64,000 nt of DNA from an uncultured Candidatus Berkelbacteria bacterium (GCA_903877885.1 CAIRFN010000011.1:9281-73280); one strand, 5' to 3'; positions 56,901 to 60,705 are shown, numbered from the stretch's first letter. Made by a program: numbers and translations. Notes: generated by a model from the letters alone, not told the origin.

Positions 56901-58350
56901 CGATTTGACTAAATTGACACCACAAACCACTTACAATTTCTTTGTTGTCGCTTACGACGGCGCTGGTAATATTTCTGATAAATCTAATACTTTGCAAGCG
57001 ACCACCTTAACTGGCCTGACTACTGCCACTCAAGCCTATCTGGTGATTGATAATGTGCCAAACCAAGTTGATGCCAACACCGGTTTCAAAGATGGCTTAA
57101 AGGTTTCGGCCACCGATGCTGGTGGCGCGGCCATGGCCACTTACACTGGTAGTGTTTACTTTACTTCAACCGATGCTAAAGCGGAACTTGCTTGGACGCA
57201 AGATCACCAATATACCTTTACCACCACTGACGCTGGTAGCCACACTTTTGCTGGTTCTGATTTCAAATTCAAAACCGCTGGCGATCAAAAACTAACCGTG
57301 ACTGATGGTCAAATCCGCGGCAGTGTTTCGATTAAGGTTCTGGGCACTAGCACTACTGATACGATTCAAAAAGCCCAAGATTCAATTAATAGTTTGTTTG
57401 CCAATATTAATACTCAAGGCTTTAGTCCAGCGGCAACCAATGTCAGCAACGCCGTGATTGTGACTGCCACCGCCGCTTTGGCTGCGCCACTCGTTTTGAA
57501 TGCCACTTTGAGCGTGATTAATATCTGGCCACAATTAATTTATCTCTTGTCGCATTTGTTGCAATTCCTCGGTATTCGCAAACGTCGCAAACCGTGGGGC
57601 ACAGTCTTTAACTCCCAAACCGGTCAACCAATTCCTTATGCGATTGTGAAAATCTTTGATAAAGAATATAACCGTTTATTGGAAACTGCGGTGACAGATA
57701 GTGCCGGCCGCTTTGGCTTCCTAGTTAAAACTGGCAATTACTATGTCACGGTTCAAAAATCTGGCTACATTTTCCCATCAACTTTGAAAGTTAGCAATTT
57801 CTTTGATGAAGTTTACACTGGCGGTAGTTTGAAAATTGATAGTCATGACAAAACCATCACCTTGAATGTACCAATGGATCCAGAAGTCAAAATGAGCTTC
57901 AGCTACAAACTCTTAGTCTTCACCATCAAAGTTAACCGATTCCTCAATACTTTGCGCGTCATTATTTTGACCTTAGGAATTCTCTTTGCTATTGTCTTAC
58001 TCATTATGTCCTTTAATCTTTTCTACCTTTTCTCCTTGGCTTTCTACATTTTGATTGCTATCTTGGAATTCATTCGCTCGCGCCGCTCGCGCCCATATGG
58101 TGTGGTCACCGATACTTACGGCCGACCACTGGAAACTGCTATTGTCCGTATTTACGAAAAGCGTACCAACCGTTTGATTGAAACTGATGTAACCGATTTG
58201 GATGGCCGCTTCAAGTTCTTGGTTAATCCTGGCGTTTACTATATTACCGCCACCAAACCGTCATACACTGATTTCAAATCTCACATTATGTATTTGGAAA
58301 AAGAAAAGACAATGGTGTCAGTGAACATCAAAATGAAGAAGATGGAGTAA
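29935..58350 (+). CDS. Giant (9471 aa) modular surface or adhesin-like protein
   Basis: Uninterrupted ORF. N-terminal TM, Ser/Thr/Pro linker, DNRLRE-like domain, eight WxG..NWS..NW beta-helix modules, two LamG, IPT/TIG, NHL and Vgb-like propellers, duplicated Gly-rich domains, many FN3 and InlB-B-like repeats, and C-terminal TM helices with two carboxypeptidase-regulatory-like domains. Confidence 0.9.
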   Translation: MAQGEGSIYPAPTHKRVNELDEKLIQLQKSTRASIPAMVWFHDTLRQKFRWYYAWHMNAWSNAVHWSLLTGYTVAAVVLMVTLVAKGPAHQIFAASKQSWATADDWKNWKLENLAVTADGIRLAQRSVQGISTQRIAQVVESATPIISAPAIPEISATPSASEIASPTVSATASQSASPSATPTATESTLATPTPSTLPTESTTFATTGTATISFDPHDQEIVDWLGSEISDELNGGQIKVEFSTDNILWTEDAKTLANSNSAYLRLTLSTTDITTSPVLKTFAVDFSRLPKTPTDLKVSAETSFLTSGQVLSAGTFTDPDNDIHQASEWQVTNQSGEYTTTLVDSGIDTKNLTTYTVSRKLTDGNYYFRVRYQDSTGAWSPWSAECGFIVAGKSVSVVGDKQIPKDKNEIVTKRTETTKTIDNKNGTKTLESFSGIIHYKTDYTDPKAQWLDINPDHYVDFPDFVLYDQMPSTVKVYKDKIGYEIQSRKTGEKYTVELQNVDGTPAVSTTTGANGLVSWADINNSKAKIEAQNKLIGQFINPVLAQDSTDSSIIDNGNLKFEFQISENGVRLWKTIDGAAAPKNFQWKITKSGSGNDLKFRDNPDAYQIDANGLAQTDQKVTIDAKVIAGDKNSTFTWQETALTSDLKIDTDVTFNPDASPENTSADSYMYQTGPSDWFGMTYNYGSGYDNTAASGHFAGWSSSNNQYDNVYRSIFTFDTSSIPSSVTVNSATFSVYGTGKSDDNSWAPSLNVYSSNPSYPNSLYYYDYYSFGSTAFATPIAYANYNTSGYNDFALNSTGISAVSLGGITKLGLRTTADAESSDPGVVSGSTANAYFDGYFSEQGDGYRPKLAVTYVDAGTCRWTGLGTDTNWSTPENWSDNTVPSSVCNVIFDSTSSKNSNIDTSFVGSTKSIKLDTGYAGELTASTNLTNNGDFILNAGTFTPGSQTINVGGSWTNGGGTFNKGTSTINLTGTNPNTTIQTNSQQFYNLNVAGQIANDSYTKLLIHADGANNSNSFTDESGHAVTANGDAKISTTTSKFGGSSAYFDGSGDSLSIPASSDFNIDSDFTFDFWFKSNSTTRYTSFFSNEGSGGGWTLLMNNANAYAGDIAFYGNGGTPVPLVTSTGGYNDGNFHHVALVRNGSNWQIYVDGTSRASVTNGNNNTAGTTAYIGNNHTFANRDFAGYMDEIRISKGIARWTGNFSVPTITYFSSKYTLSSDVTVSNNTAISGGTLTLGSYNLSTNNLSQTGGILTNTSGAISVAGDFNHTSGTTTNTGTINFTSNNSQAVHSGGANLGNVNFSGNGTWTLDDDASFKDVSLTGGILDSNGRTIHVSGNWAKDLGNFTSTGSIVDLNGATGSTQIISGDTTFHNLTSTTTGTNTRTLEFADGSTQTIDGTVTFTGTVTNYLTLRSVSNTADFHINPRLHSVNYVNVTHSYNDNSGQIIDPIYYISGGNNTNWFSAPTLSSISPNNAAVGTKITIIGTNFGGVQGASTVTIGGTSATVASWSATAVVVTVPSVSTGSQNVVVTTAGGASGSVSLSVIGGTTKNWDTNSELSGLSLSSLGLNTANNTVSVGTTGSSYSYSSTIGTTAGSATNQLYYPRGVTFDSAGNIWIADYYNQRLKKYNSAGVYQSSITGIYATQVAFDSSGNIYASSYSNGLIYKYNSSGTYLSAIGSGYLSSPTGLVIDSANHIFVADYGASQVLEFNTSGTLLATIATNGSTNGKVSYPAGLGLDASGNLYVADGSNNRIEKFDNSGNFMAVFGGYGSGDGQFQNPEGVAVDSAGYIYVSDSTNNRIQKLDSAGNYVSKFGSYGTGNSQFEYPYGVTLDSANNLWVADCNNHKIKVFAPSSVAYAESGSAVASSYDSGSYGTVWNKLSWAYTYLPSGAAITGKIRVADTTAGLTTATWSNSVSNGGAPQISSASPIGRYAQIEYDITSNTAHTDTPIIDSFAVNYTLHAEPVITAIAPTSAAPGTKITLGGFNFSTGDTVKYGTTDVSSSAQFGTNLVTATLPSNATTGQAWSITNSHGTGYSSAYTVTSQKDVTWDTQSDLEGNSNVTYSGTQVQDHETVKIGGGDGFQWSATTNINATNSNIYMNYPLAYTADDSGNIYANVYNGSSYVIQKFAPDGTPVTNWSASSYGLAFDHASGKVFSLNYSGVDKYTTGGSYDSSISFSGAPTGINYPSSFLVDASGNIYVDDYYYDYDSHFYVDKFNSSGVWQARFAYSSGSYEFSSYSYYINGFGVDASGNLSLLASGKVYQYAPTGGMSITNWTPSYNLGSISVTSTGDVIGLDTSNYAIRDYSSTGTLKSSITSFNGGDTFNFNYGEVTQPFISAAGTMFVFDFRNDYSNHFVTFVNPTSGTVTITTNGQSGDATATKTWKTASWAYTAMPTSAVVSARVRTAADNAGAPDTWGDWSSTVSTNGGNIQTSGDFPTGAWAQIEYTLAASSADNSPIVDAFNVSYNLESSGPVAPTVTTSAAGDITSISANLNGDITNTGGENATEAGFDYAVDSSTGHDCTSLGTTAQAKNTSSYGTGVYQITTGSNLTIGTYYCARAYATNSAGTGHGSYVSFKTLGPQISGTYDGASGTVKVAVNGVLDASSVAVSSDWTLNLTTTPTTDQAIVIFVDSPATGENAVTVTKYDGADIANLTLTKGAVTIGQTDPTSQTVVNNTDIGTYTSANDSDVITAISSTDLTVTGNLIISAGDIKYALDGNTTVSGNWTNAGTFDGGQSTVYLTGDAHISGNTTFNNLSATTGDKTISFVGASTQTITGTLTLKGTNNHNLILTGFGSGTQLWSINPTAWDIDYVTVSYSTNQASSPINPSHWTNSGNNTNWVTAAPSGVTLDTPTTTGFTAHWTESIQNGTGYKIYVTYTISNNDCSQATYPGTPTYTINSSATLSKLVTGRNLDTQYCVMVKETSATGDSAPAYSNLLYTLANTPNTPTVSTQSSSAIKVTIDANTNRPTTTYAIKVVNGATTKYLAVNGTLSDTIVWDTFANFGSTSGLNSTGLAPNTTYTYSVAAKNGDNVTTDYSTSAQATTLTTHTITTSVTGANGTISPTPTVTVDHGTSQDITITPSSGYYVGSIIVDSTTHILTDLTTPNPYIYTFSNITADHTIAVTFVANNTKVWDGESDSNWSTAANWTGNTVPTATDAVIFDSTATTASTIDSSFAGTIAALNLNSGYTNTLSATSGLTVTGDVTLAAGTFSPGSQTISVGGNWDSSGGTLTPGSSTIDLTGTGTLKTKNVSSPPYDFYNLKCAHNTKTTTLQNGVRISNFVYLYSGGIVGGNSLYLYKSDGDPVVNTGATINGAILYRPSADITVAGQVTAGDIYYGSVTNNATITLSSNVATIGDIHINSQNTGKLVTLNCGSNSISAVNLYLGVGSPGEYDGKINFGSSASHVISGNIARIAGADSTGNAIDFNTATVAVGGSINFTGITVTPGTSTVNMTATSGTKNITSAGQSFNNFTMNGIGGTFAPLDDLRVAGNFTRTNGTFTPGSNTVYLTGAAGSTQVISGSTTFNNLSATGTSARTITFTAGTTQTVSGTWTATGANGQNLILQSSSTSAWNINPTAWNVNYVTVSYSTNQAASPINPAHWTNSGNNTNWTTDASCIWNGGGADNNWSTAANWNGGNVPTSTCAVVFNSSSVTNSVIDAGFAGTIASLSLNTGYAYTLSATAGLTITGDITLVAGTFAPGSQTINVGGSWTNTGATFTKGTSTINFNGSGYPTITTNNQDFYNVTVAGQGGAESNLAHNWKLDENTGTSTSDSVGSLNGTLTGSVSWISPGKYSNAVSMNGSGQYVHFGNISNTSTETYTMWFKDNGSYQTSSGYIGSTLISQGQTGCQGLGIYIATGNKVRAYDWNGGAHDIITTDTFNVGAWNFVAFTRTSGGSATISLNGGTPVTQSGWSNNFSYCGANFNINRIVNDNNSTFKGQIDEVRQYNTILSPTAISNLYNYNNSVGVGAYSLSSALTATNNLTMTSGSLSAGSNNLTVGNYIQNNGTFSAPASSNSMNVSGNFTNSGGTFTHNSGTVSLTGASSSTQTIAGSTTFNNLTATATAARTISFTNGTTQTVSGTLTLTGGTDSGQAKNITLSRSGASGVWSINPTAWNIDYVTVSNSTNLASSPIAPAHWTDVSGNTNWAPAAPAVTTATTVGTNIFTTTATVNGTITSKNGATITACGFFVGTTQGNAVEKDSTNCDLAVPNAITYNLTGLTANTTYSVRAFTTNSGGTGYGSWQTFATISNTRTWDGGGADNNWSTAANWNGDVALEAGNDVVFNATSTKASYIDASFAGTINSLSVNTGYTNTISAYRSLTATGDITLNAGTLAHADNSIAQTYYLDITAANITINSGGKIDVTGLGFDGGSSGSGGYGNGGGTVSGTYGGGGGFGGNGGNTSAGGGGGAANGSITNPASLGSGGASTTGCSGQAGGSGGGYVKLTVSNTLNLNSGYVYADGNISGTNCAGAGSGGTINISAGTIAGNGAIKAFGGASQGNYGGGGSGGRVAIAYTTSSYSGTISTYGGAGSGSGGVAGGAGTQYTKDNGQSYGNLTINNASTTVGAITTISTALGMPATLNSLIISGATNITQSDNLTVNTDGTFTITTYIQNGTLTANSLTTLTVNSAFYQNAALSMTGLTTVTLAGTLQLTNNTNLGTGASITINSGGNLTHADNSTAQTNYIDISAANITVNSGGKMDVSGLGFDGGGAGLSGYGNGTGTVSGTYGGGGGNGGNGGNTSAGGGGGGANDSITNPASLGSGGAGISACGNRTGGSGGGYVKLTVSGTLNLNSGYIYADGNDAGGNCAGAGSGGTINISAGTVTGNGAIKAFGGAGGGGGNYGGGGGGGRVAITYTTSTYSGTISTYGGAGGNNGGVAGGAGTQYKKDNALSYGDLTIDNSPTAAGAKTPLLATTTSINTLTNQNNANLDLNGKTLEVAKNFTNTATFTSNSGTVSFIDATQTSIISGTNSFYNLSSTINDKAIAFASGAVQTVTGIFTMTGTSGHNIILSRSGGSDPTQWQITPTAWNVDYVTVSNSKNNAASKINPAHFIDGGNTTNWFQIAPSAVTISSITTTGFTVGWTDNSSDETGFGVYIAAGTSDCSTATYSGTPDYTAAANAVSQAVTGKSVNTQYCAKVRALNATSGSAPVYSSPIYTLANVPSAPTLGTPTASLIPVTINANSNPANTTYAIKVVNGGTNYIQTDGTSGASAVWQDLATWGTPKNNTGLTSNTQYTYSVAATNGDGTATDYSSTAQATTLVTYNITASTDANGTISPLGVTSVASGGTQAYTFSGNSGYHISTLLVDGVAQSTLTSPYTFTNVTATHTIAITTVADNTCVWTGLGSGTNSNWSNTLNWSGNAVPTATCDVIFNATSATTSIIDSGFTNSIKSLSINSGYTSTVSVLHDINIGNFSLADGYFAPGSNSVNVIENWSITGGIFTKGNSTINLTNWVQDHTINTNQAFYNLHIGIADQTKVSLLSNITVDHNLSIEHGTLDANGYDIAIGDGGTFADQNGLFTAVTGTVNLAGSATISGDTTFNNLSATTGGKTISFAAGSTQTVTGTLTLTGTSGSTLTLNRSGSSGIWSINPTAWNINYVTVSNSTNLAGSPINPAVWTDSSGNINWSTSAPAGVTMTSLSTTGFTVGWTDNSSNEDGFKVYISTTPNADCSLATYPGTADYTIAANTTTKAVTGKSVNTQYCAKVTTYNGTHESTPVYSSPTYTWANVPSTPTLGTAGSSTIPVTINQNSNPSNTTYAIKVTYSSSTKYVQANGTLGDSAVWQDYATWGGASGFTSTGLTVNVQYTYSVAARNGDNTVTAYSTTAQATTVGSIISGTIYTAANKSTNVGSGKTVGITVNGGTNVTTGTTDANGAFAIPIIATTNDKLGIFLSDAVGEANLFTFAIDSTTNISGLELYTNTIILRSETANPMTNAAIKQISTCSVCSTHIHVTNPTGSKINFDEGYSVLIDANKTYTPGAEIGTVGNLLVKGTLNLEANYLTMTGNFDSTSGTISQSGATVTFSKTSGTQTITTNNQTLGNVVFANGGTRQLVDGMAVAGTFTQSAGALDLSAHNPNWSVAGNMALAGGSVSKGTGALTLNGDLSYLAATGINPGNVAIGASPDTVTLSSDAIYDSLTINSGDKLVTAGYNITVNGDLTIDGELDATTASSRNSTITVFGNYANNGTLDTSTSTFDFAKTSGTQTLNTGGTGSTKVLNNLVHSGTGTLQPVTNHLKVDGYIINANGPFDANSLNINVAGNWSNTNTFTAGNGTVTFDGAGGTTQVVSGSTTFNNLTATTSLARTINFDINSTQTVTGTLTLTGINSHLLTLGRNGGSDNDQWNIIPTAWNVSYVTVSNSYNQAGSAINPTHSVNGGNNQMWFSPTAPSGVTIDTIHSTDVMVHWTINSLEDFGSKVWLSTLANDDCSLATYHGLPDATTSAGVAAELFEGLTANTKYCAKVVTVSAPNGDSAPYFSAPKYTAANIPNDPILGTVTSGTIQVNLNGGTLPKYAIKVVTGATTKYLAINGTLSDTAVFDTYTNFGGASGITSTGLVANTSYTYSVAGQNADGLATDYSTGAAKSTLQTYTISTSVSGSNGTISPTPTATIDSGASQNITITPSSGYYIGQIVVDGTSLTGVLTSPYSFTNITANHTIAVSFTNTNTCVWDGGGTDSNWSTANNWSGNTVPTATCNVIFDGTSSTPSTIDGDFAGTIASITMNSGYSDTLTVDRDLTITGTLVLSAGTFAAGDNTITLTGSGTPFVISGGTFDAGTSTFKYQSVANTNVATTSYHNLEFIGPEQATPSIWISNMMSGLGTNACSYSKMATATGSVSGTYPANAIGPKSIAFDPLNNFVWATCADSVYKLNATTGAIIGSFNTGSPQGIAIDASGNVWVDNNFPTKFFELNGQTGEIMASHQFGNGNDGSTSAMVADSTGHIWMARHITGLSAVITKINVSDASIAGEYQTNIDSGVSDMAVDASGNIWIANVENSSVTKMNGSTGVVIGTYAAGSQPYGISADLTGHIWVANYVSSLKEIDSSNGSILHDYPIQSYAMGLSLDASGNIWVGDQNYGGGTGVQKVRASDGTVLGTYSASYNYRTSVLGDATGFKYLNFVLGDGTMPKYTLGAGTLNVNNLTIGDTTTPSFVTAATHNPTINISGDLDLKANGTLTASGTHTLSLAGNWTNAGTFNANGGTVNLTDNSTISGSSTFNNLSATTGGKTISFAAGSTQTVLGTWTATGNSDSNITLARSGSSGIWSINPTAWNVDYATVSNSTNLASSPINPPHWTNSGNNTNWLTPAATGASITNLTSTGFDVTWTDNSSSEDGYKVYIAAGASDCSTASYSGTADYTVAANTTTKSVTGKSVNSQYCAKVTTYNGSYESTPVYTNSAYTLANVPSAPTAAAQSSTSVKVTINQNSNPSNTTYAVKVVYGATTKYLHTDGTLSDSITWETYANFGGANGITNTGLTTNTQYTYSVAAKNGDGTATDYSSTANATTSSTYAISASVSGGHGTVSPTSANKEAGASQDITITPDSGYYIASIADNGSSLTGTLSSPYSLTNISAAHTIVVTFVANGTCIWDGGGSDNNWTTANNWTGNAAPDANCDVIFNATSTKDSTINTTTHFKSVSFNSGYSGTITDSSTFNVDGNLNLASGTFNAGSQAINIGGNWNNTGATFNPGSSTVTFTSTSSGNTIKSSNQHFNNFVLWGNGGDWTAQDNISVDGNWSRFDGTFIPSDYTVNLTGATGSTQILTNDTTFNNLTATATGARTIQFAGGYTQIVLGTWTVTGSDSGNITLELKSGDGDYWRITPTAWNVNYVTVSNSINNASSPINPAVWTNGGGNTNWAIGQPTGVTLATPTTTGFTANWSESIQNGNGYKVYVSTTANSDCSAATYPGTASYTINSASTLTKDVTGKSVNTQYCVAVKETSATGDSALAYSNPLYTLANTPGQPTVNVLGSNSINVKIDQNSNSANTTYAIKVVNGSTTKYLQTDGTLSNSAEWASYADFGGADGLTNTGLTINNLYTYSIAAKNGDGEATDYSTTADGSTLSTHTITASVSGGHGTISPAGVTALDNDANQDYTITPADGYYIAQIIVDGISISGTLSSPYSFTNVEGDHTIVATFAANGTCVWDGGAAGDARWSSADNWTGNVAPSTSCDAIFNATSTKNSSLDSSFEPGHVNSLSINTGYTGTLTLDDVLNDDTNLTIASGTIDATNQVINLGGNWTKTGGTFTAGGGTINLIAGEGTTQIISGSTTFRNLTATTSVARTISFAAGSTQTVTGNLTLTGTTDVALTLARNGSSGVWSINPTAWDIDYVTVSNSTNLASAQINPPHWTNVSNNTNWETSYSAPTVTTNNPVTSDQTKTTATISGNITATGNKSMTACGLEYGTDEANPTNAAPSTDCNATTPTSIIANLTNLTADTTYYVRAYAANSIGTNYGEWVSFATLPNTYTITASAGAHGTISPSGEVSANNASNKTFIITPATNYHISSILFDDESQTITTATGMDFAVNNITTNHTLSVSFAINTNTVTASAGANGTISPLGATAVNYGATQAYTITPNTNFHIASVLVDGQSVGVVTSYTFTNVITSHTISATFTVDTHNIVASAGSHGAISPTGTTAVNYGGDQAYTILPSDNYHIADVLVDSVSVGAVSDYAFSNVVTSHTISATFVANPGFEHTITATISGHGTISPAGSVLVSDSNSQVFTINPSTGYSIDSILVDNVAVTPATTYTFSNVTTDHTIAVTIATTTYTITASAGTGGSISPSGAVVVDYDSDKTFTITPKTGYHIDNVKVNNKSQGAISTYTFSSITDDQEIEATFALDPTSIVNPTNLTGIAGDSQNSLSWTNPITTYFDHVDLYRSTTAGTLGDKLAGNQTGTTYIDRNLTNNTTYYYTLKAIDTYNNVSTGTEQLALMPSSIADIIAPNAPTNLRATNIKSTTISLVWDASTDNVAVVGYKLFNADTNIQIATTSQTDYDLTKLTPQTTYNFFVVAYDGAGNISDKSNTLQATTLTGLTTATQAYLVIDNVPNQVDANTGFKDGLKVSATDAGGAAMATYTGSVYFTSTDAKAELAWTQDHQYTFTTTDAGSHTFAGSDFKFKTAGDQKLTVTDGQIRGSVSIKVLGTSTTDTIQKAQDSINSLFANINTQGFSPAATNVSNAVIVTATAALAAPLVLNATLSVINIWPQLIYLLSHLLQFLGIRKRRKPWGTVFNSQTGQPIPYAIVKIFDKEYNRLLETAVTDSAGRFGFLVKTGNYYVTVQKSGYIFPSTLKVSNFFDEVYTGGSLKIDSHDKTITLNVPMDPEVKMSFSYKLLVFTIKVNRFLNTLRVIILTLGILFAIVLLIMSFNLFYLFSLAFYILIAILEFIRSRRSRPYGVVTDTYGRPLETAIVRIYEKRTNRLIETDVTDLDGRFKFLVNPGVYYITATKPSYTDFKSHIMYLEKEKTMVSVNIKMKKME

Positions 58351-58354
58351 GAAT

Positions 58355-58496
58355 TTGTCATTCTCGACTTGAATGGGATTTAAGATCAAGAATCCAGTCA
58401 TATTTACTATTAGTCATTGCGCCTTTAGATAAAGCGGCGTCAGCTGTGTCAATCTATGATTCGGAATACTGAATCTCCGCGATTGCGAAGTAATCT
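58355..58496. repeat. Degenerate REP-like palindromes
   Basis: TTGTCATTCTCG...AAGAATCCAG half unit, then GTCATTGCG...GCGAAGTAATCT. Confidence 0.5.
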
Positions 58497-58509
58497 ATCA
58501 TGTATCCTA

Positions 58510-58542
58510 AAAAAAGACCTGGGAAATTCCGCAGGTCTTTTT
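58510..58542. terminator. Bidirectional intrinsic terminator
   Basis: AAAAAAGACCTG-GGAAATTCCG-CAGGTCTTTTTT between convergent genes. Confidence 0.8.
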
Positions 58543-58563
58543 TGCTATCTACTATCTACTTTT

Positions 58564-59619
58564 TCACTTGTGGACCCAAACCGGAGTGCCAATTGAATCC
58601 CAATCATAAATCCATTTAGCATCGTCATTGGAAGCGTTCAAGCAACCGTGGCTCATCGGATGACCAAAATTATGATGCCAATAAGTGCCGTGAATCGAGT
58701 AATCACCATGCCACCAGCTAACCCATTGAACACCTTTCAAATCATAGCTGTCACCCTTCATTTCGGCGACACTATTTTTACCATAAACATAGTAAACTCC
58801 AAGGATAGTTGGATGTTTGGCAATGCCCGAAGAAATCAAAAATTGTTTAACCAATTTTTCGTTTTCGTAAGCGTATAAGGTTTGCTCTGACAAATTTACT
58901 TCAATTCTTTTACCATAAAAATATTGGCCTGGGACAAATGTTTTACTAACTTTTTGGGTGCCTCGAGGTATAATAATAGCTAAAATGGCGATTGTGCCGC
59001 CAACTTTGCCTTTATCAAATTGATTTTTCAAATCTGTTAGTAATTTATCTTTATCTAAAGTTTGGCCGTCTTTACCTTCATCAACAACCGTGCCATCTTC
59101 TTCTAAAACCTTTCGATCAACCTTATCGACGTTGACAATTGGAATAATCGAATCGACAAATTTAGTCATTTTAGTTTCATCAATTTTAGTCGTAAGCAAA
59201 ACATTGTGCCCGACAATAGCTAAATGAATATTTTCATCAATTTTAGTGAAAAAGTTGCCTTGACGACCATAATTATAGGCTTCGTCTAGGGTTTTTTGTT
59301 CGTCAAAAGTAATGCCTAAATCCGAAAGTTTTGGCTTAAATTTAGTTTCTTTGTAAACTAATTGCGGTCCGGTTTTATTAACATTACTAATATAATCGTC
59401 AACAATGATTTTGGCTTCCGCTTTGGTTTTGCCGCCAACCCGAATGCCAGAGATAGTGGTATTTGGCAGAATTTTTTGGTCGTAAAATTTACTAATATCA
59501 AAAATGCCAACCGCTACCACACCAAGAAAGAGAACTAATATAAAAAGTTTTAAAGCAAAGTGACGCGCTTCTTTATGATGTTTTCGAATATAATGAATTT
59601 TTACTTCAGATGATTCCAT
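58564..59619 (-). CDS. L,D-transpeptidase (YkuD) with a peptidoglycan-binding-4-like region
   Basis: IEVNLSEQTLYAYE..LISSG..PT.LG; SIHGTYWHHNFGHPMSHGCLN catalytic motif; N-terminal TM. Confidence 0.93.
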   Translation of the reverse strand: MESSEVKIHYIRKHHKEARHFALKLFILVLFLGVVAVGIFDISKFYDQKILPNTTISGIRVGGKTKAEAKIIVDDYISNVNKTGPQLVYKETKFKPKLSDLGITFDEQKTLDEAYNYGRQGNFFTKIDENIHLAIVGHNVLLTTKIDETKMTKFVDSIIPIVNVDKVDRKVLEEDGTVVDEGKDGQTLDKDKLLTDLKNQFDKGKVGGTIAILAIIIPRGTQKVSKTFVPGQYFYGKRIEVNLSEQTLYAYENEKLVKQFLISSGIAKHPTILGVYYVYGKNSVAEMKGDSYDLKGVQWVSWWHGDYSIHGTYWHHNFGHPMSHGCLNASNDDAKWIYDWDSIGTPVWVHK

Positions 59620-59768
59620 TTATTTAATTATACAATTAAACCACAAAATTTGCTTGTTTTTACCCGTTAATTCTGGTAAAATTTAGTTATAGATTAGTAT
59701 TTTAATAACGCTTGCAGTATAATGAACTAGTAAATAGTATAAATATTTAACTATATAAAGGTTCAATT

Positions 59769-60431
59769 ATGGCAAGAATTCAAGATCACGAAAAAGCTTT
59801 AGTTTTAAGGAAAGAGGGAAAAAGTTATAGCCAGATAAAAGACATTTTAAAAGTAAACAAGAGCACTTTGAGTGGCTGGCTAAAAGATTATCCTTTATCT
59901 GATGAAAGGATAAGAGAACTTCGTGATCATAGCGAACAACGGATTGAAAAATATCGCGAAACAAGAAGAAAAACTAAAGAAGCACGTCTAGAAAAGTATC
60001 GTCAAGAACAGGAAAAAATTATTCTTCCATTCGATGGAAAAGAACTGTATTTAGCTGGTGTATTTCTATATTGGGGAGAAGGTTCAAAAACTAGTTCAGG
60101 TGAATTGAGTTTATCAAATACAAATCCCTCTGTTATCCGCTTTTTTATGTTTTGGGCGATGAATTCATTGAACGTACCAAAAGAAAAATTTAGTGTTGCC
60201 TTACACTTATATTCTGATATGGATATAGAAAAAGAAATTGATTTTTGGTCAAAAATTTTAGAAATTCCGACTAATCAATTTTCCAAACCTTATATTAAAA
60301 CAAATTCAACGCGCATGATTAATTATAAAGGTGGGTTTGGGCATGGAACATGTAATCTTAGAGTATTCGATACTCAACTTGCAGAAAAAACCCACATGGC
60401 GTTAAAAGTGATTAACGATAAATTTAGATAA
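59769..60431 (+). CDS. HTH plus LAGLIDADG-like domain protein
   Basis: LRKEGKSYSQIKDILKVNKSTLSGWL HTH; LAGVFLYWGEGSK..LSLSNTNP..I..F resembles the LAGLIDADG helix and following strand. Confidence 0.6.
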   Translation: MARIQDHEKALVLRKEGKSYSQIKDILKVNKSTLSGWLKDYPLSDERIRELRDHSEQRIEKYRETRRKTKEARLEKYRQEQEKIILPFDGKELYLAGVFLYWGEGSKTSSGELSLSNTNPSVIRFFMFWAMNSLNVPKEKFSVALHLYSDMDIEKEIDFWSKILEIPTNQFSKPYIKTNSTRMINYKGGFGHGTCNLRVFDTQLAEKTHMALKVINDKFR

Positions 60432-60433
60432 AT

Positions 60434-60491
60434 GGGATCGTAGTTCAGCTGGTTAGAGCGCTTCTCTTATAAGCAAAGCTTGAAAGAGAAG
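60434..60491 (+). pseudogene. 5' half copy of tRNA-Ile ending in a fold-back hairpin
   Basis: 60440-60473 is identical (34 nt) to 60543-60576; CTTCTCTT-at-AAGC-aaa-GCTT-ga-AAGAGAAG spans 60461-60491. Confidence 0.8.
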
Positions 60492-60536
60492 ATATAATAT
60501 AAATAGCTATCTATAAAGTTTAGGTATAATTAATGT

Positions 60537-60613
60537 GGGCGTGTAGTTCAGCTGGTTAGAGCGCTTCTCTTATAAGGAAGATGTCGATGGTTCGAGTCCA
60601 TCCACGCCCACCA
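60537..60613 (+). tRNA. tRNA-Ile(TAT), CCA encoded
   Basis: GGGCGTG TA GTTC AGCTGGTTA GAGC G CTTCT CT TAT AA GGAAG ATGTC GATGG TTCGAGT CCATC CACGCCC A CCA. Confidence 0.93.
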
Positions 60614-60705
60614 AAATGGATTTTTAAGATAATTTTTTATATTATACTTCCAGCTTTTTCGGAAAGACCTTTTATATTGCAGTGATTTTCTTTATAATAT
60701 AATTA

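Noticed and set aside
30188-56997. Dozens of short ORFs overlapping the giant gene
   Set aside because: Shadow frames of a Thr/Ser/Gly-biased gene, with no RBS or recognisable motifs.
29935-58350. Diversity-generating retroelement or RHS toxin in the giant gene
   Set aside because: No reverse transcriptase in the window, no adenine-specific TR/VR pair noticed, and no YD repeats or DPxG cleavage motif.
60434-60613. Intron-containing or split tRNA
   Set aside because: The downstream copy is complete by itself, and the upstream half has no separate 3' half matching its acceptor strand.
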